From: Daphnia carinata
Lineage: Eukaryota
DNA length: 64,000 nt
Assembly (NCBI RefSeq): GCF_022539665.2
Contig: NC_081331.1
Location: forward strand, 13,764,001-13,828,000
Reading direction: 5' to 3'
A program made the translations under genes and the position numbers. Below, in pieces: positions 54,890 to 64,000 of the stretch. The stretch's first letter is position 1. Every line of letters starts with the position of its first letter. The notes beneath the pieces are model-generated. The model ran no database searches, was not told where the DNA came from, and saw only the letters and a program-made list of their open reading frames with translations.

Positions 54890-57004
54890 CCATGTTCCCT
54901 AAAAATAGCTTTAATTAATTTTAAAATAAAAGATTTAGAGAAGTGTGTTAGTAAATATCGATACCGGTTAAGTTAATCACTCGAATTTAGAATTTCTTCC
55001 ATTGAATGCTGGCAATGATCAACTTTGTTTTTTCCCGAACGGACGTTGCACACGGACGTACACACAACGGACGATGCACGACACCAGGAATTTGGCATTT
55101 AACGCTGAGTGCACGAGTTTAAAACTCAGTTCTGCCTTCAACGAACGCTTCGGGATTTCGATTTCTTTTTCCCCGCAGCTAGAAGAAGTGCGCCATCTTG
55201 ATGCCGTTAAGAGAACCTCAAAATGCTGTTAATGAAGTAGCGGCGGTAATAAGGGACCTTTTCAGAAAATAGTTAATATGGAATCAATCATTTGTGTGCT
55301 GTAACGTTAATTAAACTGTTAACGTTGGTTTACACAGAATTTATGGCGATCCTTTAAATCGTTTAAAATTTCGTCAAATAATCAAAATGACAAATAACGA
55401 GACTTACCTCGAGAGTGACTTTCCAAATAATTCCATATCCTGCGCGGAAAATTAATGCTGGCGTGTGCTATCTCATTTCGTCAATGGCCAACGGTAACAG
55501 GCCATCAGTTTCAACGAAGATGGAGAAACAGAAAAAGCCTGTACCTGTCGAAAAGCTAACCAAAATATTTTACCGATCAATCGGTGCATGCTCAATTAGC
55601 ATATTAAAATTGCATTATACATACCCGCAACATACTCATGGCAAAACTTCGAGTCGCTTTGGAATGCTTTTCCGCTAGAAAGGTCAGACAGATTCTTACA
55701 GTGTAAGATTTTCCCTCCCGTATGAACGAATCTTCAATGCATAATATTTGGTAATAAATCCATTTGGCTCCACACCATCACTTTCTTCCTCTCAGCAAAA
55801 CCATGGCAATGAAAACTGGTTATCGACCAATTACATTAGTGAGTAAGATAACCGTTGAGCAATAATAAACGCTTACCAGAATTATAAATTTATACCTAAA
55901 AGGTGACCCATCGGCAATTTCATGTAAACAATTCATAAATCTGGTCTTCTTTGATGATGCAGCTCAAAATTGTTTTACGCATTATCCCATCACTTATTTT
56001 TGGCATAAGCAAGGGCGTCTCCCAATCTTGGCCTGCCAAGAAAAAGTGTAATGATGAATCATCGTTACAGGTGGTCCGCTGAACAGGATTAGGCCAGTCA
56101 ACTGCGAAAAGGCAGGTAGGTACATGTGCACTAGAGGTAAATAGACGACTTTTTTCCCCACTGGCTTGTAACTTAAGGTTTCTTCGTGGCGAGGGCAAAA
56201 AGAAGCAATAGAAAAACAAACGCGTTGGGTCATTGGCATCTAGAGTAGTTTTAAATTAATGCAAAATGTAGAGGAACCGAAAACTCGTTCTTACCCAATT
56301 TGCTGCTGGGGATTAACTCGAGAAAGATCAAAGAGATCCGGGTAACTTGCTGCTGAACTGTTCAACTTGATACTGTAAGTGGTACGTATAGGACACTATC
56401 GGTAGGAATATAATGAGACAGGATTTCCGTATTTTTCCTTGGAATAAAGACGAAAATCCTTCCTATTAAGACAAAAGTAACATGTATAGCCAATCATCCT
56501 AAATTTAGGTTAACCAAACAAAAACTAGTACATTATGAATATTTACCGGCGGATGCAGTTTCAATCCCATTGGAACATTAATCGACCGAATTTTGGAGAT
56601 CAAACTAAGGTCATGCAAGTAGCATTTTGAAAGAGTATGGGGGCAACCATTTGGCTTAACAGGTTGTCCGGCATGCAAGTCTCTTTTACGTGTAATGAAA
56701 TATCTTGGCATAACGCAGCTTCTGTTGTCTTCGCTTGCGCAAATCTTGTTCAGGAAACAAATTTCAATATTCGCAGTTTCAGAACACCTTCCGGAAAAAC
56801 ATAAAACAAGACAGGTAAAGTTAATGTACAAAGATTTTTTTTAAAACTTATTACTAGTTACGGTGGTTTCGATCTTGTGGCTGCCGGCATACACGGGCAT
56901 CTCACCGCCGATCACGTATGTATAAAAGGCCGCACTTCAACTACGTTCAATGTCCAGTGTTGAACAAGCTGTCCGCCAGTAAACTACAAACACGGAATAT
57001 CAAC

Positions 57005-57644
57005 ATGAAGTTCCTGGTAAAATAAATTTCAATGTTAAGCAGTAGATTTCAGCTAAATATTGTAAGTTGTTAATTATTGATTTCATGAAAAGGTTCCTCT
57101 TTTCCCACTTATCGCCACCGCATTAGCAGCATCGATCCCTATTAATACTTACAATGCACCACTCTGGCCTTCGTTGACCCCTTTAATTCCAGTTGCTGCA
57201 GACGACATAGAAGGCCGAGATAATAGCTTGCTCGCTGAAAATGCTGCACATTTATTACTTGTGCCGCTTTATGCAAATGTGTTGAAAACTCAAATCATTT
57301 TTCAAATGGTAGATTGCATCTTCCACCCTGATGACTGCTCAGCTGGTTTTGGCGGTCTTGGCGGTTTAGTTAAATCACCCTCAGAGTTTAATGCCTTGTC
57401 CAGCATCTTGAGCAAGCTGGCAGTTAATAATCCTCAACACAAAAACAGCATTGTCGAGGGATTGTCATTATTCCCAGCTTCCACCGGTGCCCTAAACGTT
57501 GTAAACCCAAGTAAACGAAACGATGTAGTTCCGTTCGTTGTACCTTCTTCTTGGAACCCCTATGCCAATGTTCCGCTCATCAGCAATCAAAAGGAGATGG
57601 CAAACTGGAACTATCCATCTACTAGGGGTTTCATTCCGTATTGA
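57005..57644 (+). CDS. Diverged paralog C of the secreted protein, C-terminally truncated (possible pseudogene); homology continues out of frame to 57766
   Basis: TATAAAA at 56921. Exon 1 MKFL (57005-57016), exon 2 from 57093 VPLFPLIATALAASIP. Shares PVAADD, C-x-F-x3-C, VNP, WNPYxNVP, QxEMxN and FIPY with copy A, then TGA. Confidence 0.7.
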
Positions 57645-59296
57645 AAATGAACACCATCATCTGGTTCAGTAATCCTTCGTTTATAAAGACTGTAGCACCG
57701 CAAGCTAAAGCTCTGGTTCCAGTGGTTGAGCAACTGTCTACTGAGCAACTGGCGATCCCTCCTTAATTTCTGTTACTTTTTTTTCCACGATTTCAATTCA
57801 CGACGACAATCCAACAAGATAATGTATGTTTTCCAAATATAGATTAAGGCAAAAGCCACAGCGCATTACACAAAATTAGAAACAACATTGACTAGTTTCT
57901 CTACCAATGAACCTCACAGCCTAGGTAAAAGTAACAATTTAAGATGGCACATACCTATGGCTCTTGAAACATCCAAATATTTCTAACTTATCCAAACCCA
58001 AGATCCAAATCACGGTAGCACGAACGACATCACAATGCAATACCAATAAATTACCTAAAACAGATCAAAGGCAAAATGAATAAACTGAATCAAACAAAGA
58101 AAATTAGATATTGTGCAACTTACACTGTTAAACATATCAGTTAAAGCTAGGACTAGCATTCTGGTAACTAACACTATACTAATTGATGTTTTCAATTGAC
58201 ATGGGAAAAGTTTCCTGCAAGCAGACCTCATAACAATTTCTGTAGCCAAAATTTGCTTTCAATAGAGTTGTATTACGAGGTATTCCCTTTATTGTGTGTT
58301 GCCTGTGATCCTACATTGCAAAAAACTACTCCATTTGCAATTTATTAGGTTCACATTATTATGATAAATTCTGGCTTTAAGCTTAGGTGACCCTGTGGAA
58401 ATAAAAATGCAGGAATGGGGTGCTGACCAACAACAAAATTTTTACCTCAACAATATCAATAAAAGGAAATTGGTTTTGTCTTCAGTACTTTTCTGCATTA
58501 GTTCAATATGGATTCAAGCACAATTGTTTTTCCCTGAAATAGAATTTTTGCAATTCTTGGAAATTGATGAAATCCATACTTTCAGAAAATGAGGTAAATT
58601 TTAGATATCCAAACAATCTGTCAATAATTGCATTGCACAACTTTTACCGATGCGAAAGAAATGGCATCAACTAGAATATGAGCTAATTTCAGTAACTTCT
58701 CAAGTTAACTGTAATTACACCACACTAAAAGAAAACTCTTACTTTTTACTTGACGGCTATCATAGTTTACACTTCACAGCGTCTCCTCTCACCATACACT
58801 GGCTTATGGCGTCGAAAGATAAACAACGAACCCCTTCGAGTGGCGCGTAAATTTGACACCGCTGCAATTTTAGTTAATGTTTATTGCAATGGCATCAAGA
58901 AAATCAGTCATCTTGTTAGCAAGCTAGGGGGAAAGGGGTGGAAAACTAACTTTAACTAAAATAGAAGCCAAGGTAAACAAATTTTGCCGCCTTTCCGTAC
59001 CGACTACGAGCTACGGGACGGTATATTGCCATTGCCAATTCTTAGACCACAGCTAGTGCTCAACTGCCCAAAAATAAACTAAGCGGAAGCAAGACAGAAA
59101 AAAGACCTAATATATTTTTAATTATTCTTGAATATAGCCGAGGAATATATAAATTAGTATAACGCATGACACAGATATACTCAACACGACTTTAATCAAT
59201 TCATATTAACATGTATTTTTTGTACGGTAATACAAGAGATGACAGTGCGTTGCGTACATGATTTTAAATAATGTGTTCAGTCAGGATTTTAATAAT

Positions 59297-60049
59297 TTAA
59301 TAAATTTTGTAGCCTTTGCCGTTGAAAGGGATGTGGACGGGGGCAACGGGGAGCTCGTAGACGTGAACGGGAGCAACGGGCAAGTGATCACCCTTGGGCT
59401 GGAAACCGGCTTCATCGGCAACCCAGGTCAAAGTGAATTTTTGGCCTTCAGGGGAAATCCAGTAAGAAGATCCCTTGTTGGTGTTTCCCATAACATCTTC
59501 GTAGGTGGCCTTTCCGTAAGAATCATAAGCGACTCCTTGCATCTTCTTCTGGACCTGAGACTCTTCGCGAGTGGTGTAGTCAGACTGGGCGTAGCTGTGA
59601 ATTGAAAAAATTCAGTTTATTTATATGCAAATCTTTGATCCCCATAATAATGGGATAATGAATGAAATTGACTTTACCTCCATTGGCTGCTGCCATCGAG
59701 ATTGCGCTCGTCAGATTGGCTGGTGATGGTGATATCAGCGTACTTGTTATCCTTGTAGGCTGGTGCAGAGTAGGCTGGTGCGGGGTAGGCTGGTGCGGAG
59801 TAGGCAGGTGCGGGGTAGGCTGGTGCGGAGTAGGCAGGTGCGGGGTAGGCTGGTGCGGGGTATTTTGGTGCTGGGTAGCTTGGAGCTGGGTAGCTGGGTG
59901 CCTTGTATTCCGGCTTGTAGCTGGAAGGAACAGCGGCAGCGACGGCCAAGAAAGCGGCGACGATGAACTGTCAGAAAATACCATTTTAAATATAAAGTTG
60001 TTTCTAGCTCAAAATAAGAATAAGAGATCAAATGTCTTACGAGCTTCAT
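59297..60049 (-). CDS. Cuticular protein, R&R family, gene 8
   Basis: Same 3-exon structure; longest YPAPA/YSAPA array; end FNGKGYKIY. Confidence 0.9.
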
Positions 60050-60688
60050 GTTGTACTAGGATAAGTTGATAAGCAACTGATGGTTTTAGTCCTTCCATCT
60101 TGGGCTTTTATAGTCGAGTGAGAGGCAAAGAACATTCAGTTGACCTAGTTGTTTTGGCTGCTAGATTTCGCTAGAGCAAATGAGGTTTTGGGCGTTGAAT
60201 AAAATACCTTACTTTCGCTTTTTACATTGACCACAGTGCATGTTTGATTTTGTTTGGCTGGTGAAAGATTTATTTTTCTGGTCTATGATGATGAGAAATC
60301 AATATCTTGTTATAGGAGTATTCACACGCCTGTGTCTGTGAAATACAAATAATATCATTAATCTTACAAAAATCAGGTTGGGTAACGATAATTTGCTCAA
60401 TTCTGAAATCATGAGTCGATGGTGATAGGTGACACTTCTGAAGGACAATCATCAGAAAAAATTGTGTTAGGTTTCTACTTATCGAAAACAATCACTGCAT
60501 TGCAAGGGCCATGACCTGCAATGCAAACCAAATCATTTAACCACCACAAGGCGGTGATCGCCGCTTTCAAAAACTAAGTAAAGAAATCAAACGAAAACGA
60601 AAGACACACCCAATATTTTTTCGACTATATAAGGCCGTCTGAAGGTGATCGAAGACATCAGTTGTTCAACTCTTCAACCGCTCTCAAC

Positions 60689-61423
60689 ATGAAACTAGTA
60701 AATTTCTTTTGATTTTTCTTTTGTTCACAATTTCATAGCTTATTGAAAAACTCTTTTCGCAGTTTGTTATCGCCGCTTTCTTGGCCGTCGCTGCCGCTGT
60801 TCCATCCAGCTACAAGCCGGAATACAAGGCTCCCAGCTATCCTGCCCCAAGCTACCCTGCACCAAAGTACGCAGCACCTGCCTACTCTGCCCCAGCCTAC
60901 TCCGCACCTGCCTACTCCGCACCTGCCTACTCCGCACCAGCCTACAAGGATAACAAGTACGCTGGTATCACCATCACCAGCCAATCTGACGAGCGCAATC
61001 TCGATGGCAGCAGCCAATGGAGGTAAATCTATTTCAATCTTTATATTCGTTAATTTAAGATTTAAAGATATTTTATAATAAATAATTCTCCCAACTCACA
61101 GCTATGCCCAGTCTGACTACACCACCCGTGAAGAGTCTCAGGTTCAGAAGAAAATGCAAGGAGTTACTTACGACTCTTATGGAAAAGAATCGTACGGTGA
61201 AGTCCTCGGCAACACCAACAAGGGATCTTCCTACTGGATCTCCCCCGAAGGCCAGAAGTTCACTTTGACCTGGGTTGCTGATGATGCCGGTTTCCAGCCC
61301 AAGGGTGACCACTTGCCCGTTGCTCCCGTCCACGTCTACGAACTCCCAGTTGCACCCGTTCACGAATACGTTCTCCCCGTCGCCCCGGCTCTCCCCTACT
61401 CCCGCACCGGAGCTGGTTATTAA
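60689..61423 (+). CDS. Cuticular protein, R&R family, gene 9
   Basis: TATATAA at ~60626, Inr-like TCAGTT, 3 exons, R&R motif, end PYSRTGAGY. Confidence 0.9.
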
Positions 61424-62100
61424 GTTGTGAATTTTTCCGCCGTGAAATTTGAATGGCGTGAGCCATCCAAGTGTAATTTATTGATAAGAAATAAACGCAA
61501 ATTATGTTTTGAATTCCGTAAAAGGCAATGATCTGAGTAGTCTAAACAAATGTTTCCTTATATAAATGGAACTTCTTTATTTGTAGAAGAATGTCGTGGC
61601 CAGCGCAGTTATCACCTTCGTTTCCACCGATTCCCGTCAATTCCATTCGTTGAAAACATAGCGACAAAGGTGTCCGGTTTCGCACCAATTAAATCAACTA
61701 AGCTGCTAATCACGTTTTCTCTAATAACATTACAGGCCCAGCTACACGAATGAGAAGGTTTAGTTAAACGTGCTAGTCACGTGCCACCTCGTGACGACCG
61801 AGGAGAAGCTTCCCGGTCTTACAGCGGTACACGGTCCAATCACGACCCGTGATTAGGTCATCCGTCTTTTCTATTATGGCTTTTTTTGCATGTAATTAAT
61901 CTTTAGCATGAAAGAAATTCTATTCAAAAGACATTAAAAGAAGTAAAGAATAAAGTTCATTTATTAAAATTTTCAATTTTATTTATTTTGTTTGCTATAT
62001 TTAACATTAAACGCCAGTTTGTACCATTGGGCCGTAGTTTTTTTATCAGTGATAGTTAGATCATCTATTGTACGGTATAAAAGACTTGATGAAACAATTT

Positions 62101-62348
62101 ATGTTTGGTGACGGTGTTGGTTCTCTAGCGCCGTTACTGCGTGTATGTGCGTTACTAATGAATGTTTATCTAATTGCAGGTCTGGGAATGGATGAAAAGA
62201 GTGACGCAAAGGTCGCGGCCGTTTGAACAACGTTGGATTGTGATTACACTGGCTGGTTACATGGAAAGGAAACGCTATAAACTCTAAATGGAAATTAGAT
62301 GTCCACACGGTGGATTAAAACGGATATGACGACCAATCCCACTCTTTT
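62101..62348 (+). ncRNA. Candidate structured ncRNA, diverged short copy 4
   Basis: GGTATAAAAGACTTGAT (TATA 62076); 5' hairpin retained; conserved blocks CTAATT.CAGGTC, TGAACAAC.TTGG, AACGCT..CTAAATGGA, ACACGG, CGACCAATCCCACT and a final TTTT. Confidence 0.5.
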
Positions 62349-63080
62349 GGGTAAGTTGAACTTCACAAATATTTCTATTATATTTAAATCAATCACTCAC
62401 ATCAAAGCACAAATCAAAGTAACATAATAGAATTACGTGTTGGAAAGGGCATGATATACCCAATCGATACAGACTGAAATAATTTGAATTAAAAAAAGCT
62501 TTTTAATTTAAAAAAATATTTGCCAACAATAAAACGATTTATCGCTCACGCGGGAAATGTCCGTGGAATGGTGGGGTGGAGAGCCGGAAGTTAAAGTAGC
62601 GTGCGATTCTATAAGATACATGTTAATATGAATCAAAGGCAATCTAAAATCACGCGAGAAAGGAGTGGGCTTGTACGTCGTATCCATATTAAATTTAATC
62701 TACATTTTATAATCGACGTGGACACCTATAGTTTCCTCCATTAGTAAGGTGTTTAATCCCAGTATCCCAGTTTAGTTTTGAATCGTTTCAATGGAACGAA
62801 AATACTTCATTTCGATTACAAAAACGAACGCAATGATAAAAAGAACAAATGTAATTTATGCTTTGTGTATTCAGTTCCCTATTTATCTGAATAGTTTTCA
62901 AATTGGATGAATAGTTACGTATTTGTAATACATTCGAATAGTGGGACGTGTAGGGATAATCGTGTGCCGAAAATAATAGAACGTTCACAAATCCCGGCTA
63001 CTAAGGGTTTCATTATTCTCTTCGATCTACTGCTAGATGGCTTTTGCGCAGAAGATTCAAAGAAATATTAGATTTTTCTG

Positions 63081-63981
63081 TTAGTTGAACTGTTCGGAGA
63101 TAGGAGCAGGGAAGTCGTACACGATGGTGTTCTTAACAACCTCAATAGAAGCAGGAACTGCAATAGCAACTGGTGCAGGGGCAGGCGCCGAAATGCGAGC
63201 AGGGAAGTCATATTCCACCTTGACTGGTGCAGGTGCAGGAGCAGAGATGGGAGCAGGGAAGTCGTACTTAACTTTAACGGGGGCAGGTGCAGCGTATGCA
63301 ACTGAAGAAGGAACTGCAATTTTGAAAGATGCAGAAGCAGAGATGGGAGCAGGGAAGTCACGCACAAAGTACAGAGCGGCACCGGGCACCTCAAAAGCGA
63401 CCTCCTGCACGTTGACTTCGCTCGGGTGCTGGGCAGTCACCTGTAGGGTAATCTCGGAGACGCTTCCATAATCGTCAAGTGTACCAAATTTACTCCGGAA
63501 AAGGCGAGAGTACAAGCCTCTGCTTGCTCGGTTTGACGTTTTGTAGCTTAACAAGCAACCGAAATAATAAAAATGTAATGCTGAAAAAGAGGTACGCTGT
63601 TACGTGAAACGGGACGTATTAATTTCAAAAAATTATACATTTTAATGTCTAGCTTTTACGAGCTACTTGGGTGCCCAGAGGCCAATCAGTCAATAACAAG
63701 TTGGAACGTCAAAGTGTACAACAAATTTCAAAATAGAACTGTTTTTCTTACTTAGATCTATGTTGAGGCATTGGTGGAGGTGTAGGTAAATGGTCACGGT
63801 TGGAGAAAACTCCTTCAGCATCAATTTCGTCCATAACGAAATCGAGAATATTCTCCAGTTCGCGCAGGTTGATTTGAGCAGCACATGCGAAGACTAACAG
63901 ACTCAGGAAAACGCTCAGCCTGCCGTACTGAATCGAGCAAAAGAACGCTTAGTAACAATGTTTTACGTATTGTACGTTCAT
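63081..63981 (-). CDS. Secreted low-complexity Pro/Ala/Val-rich protein with YDFPAPIS repeats (likely structural/cuticular); first exon uncertain
   Basis: Exon 63927-~63753 (YGRLSVFLSLLVFACAAQINLRELENILD..., signal-peptide-like) joins in phase to exon 63546-63081, which carries 4 (Y/R)DFPA(P/R)IS units. The ATG AAC|GT at 63981 is tentative. Confidence 0.65.
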
Positions 63982-64000
63982 TTGATACAAAAGAGTTGAC

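Noticed and set aside
35238..61466. Numerous GWCGV-rich and PHQPT-rich ORFs
   Set aside because: Antisense or alternate-frame shadows of the YPAP/YSAP repeats of the cuticle genes.

Overview
Eukaryotic arthropod genomic DNA with compact 55-90 bp GT-AG introns. Gene content and intron size suggest a water flea (Daphnia), which is an inference. The left third holds ordinary genes: a candidate ~76-aa microprotein, MMS22L, a divergent SLC5A7-like choline transporter, a fold-back/mosaic repeat, MRPS35 and ANKRD50. The right half (29.7-64 kb) is a duplicating cluster. It holds nine R&R (chitin-binding) cuticular protein genes, mostly in head-to-head pairs, three copies of an unknown secreted protein, and a near-identical tandem duplication with a ~10.2-kb offset. 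One copy of the duplication carries a hAT-like MITE (empty site in the other copy), and the other copy carries a short gene-conversion tract. The most notable unexplained feature is a ~420-nt, highly structured, TATA-preceded and oligo(T)-terminated non-coding unit found after every plus-strand cuticle gene (4 copies). It is better conserved than the neighbouring coding genes, keeps its 5' hairpin through wobble-compatible changes, and is a candidate novel Pol III-type ncRNA family.
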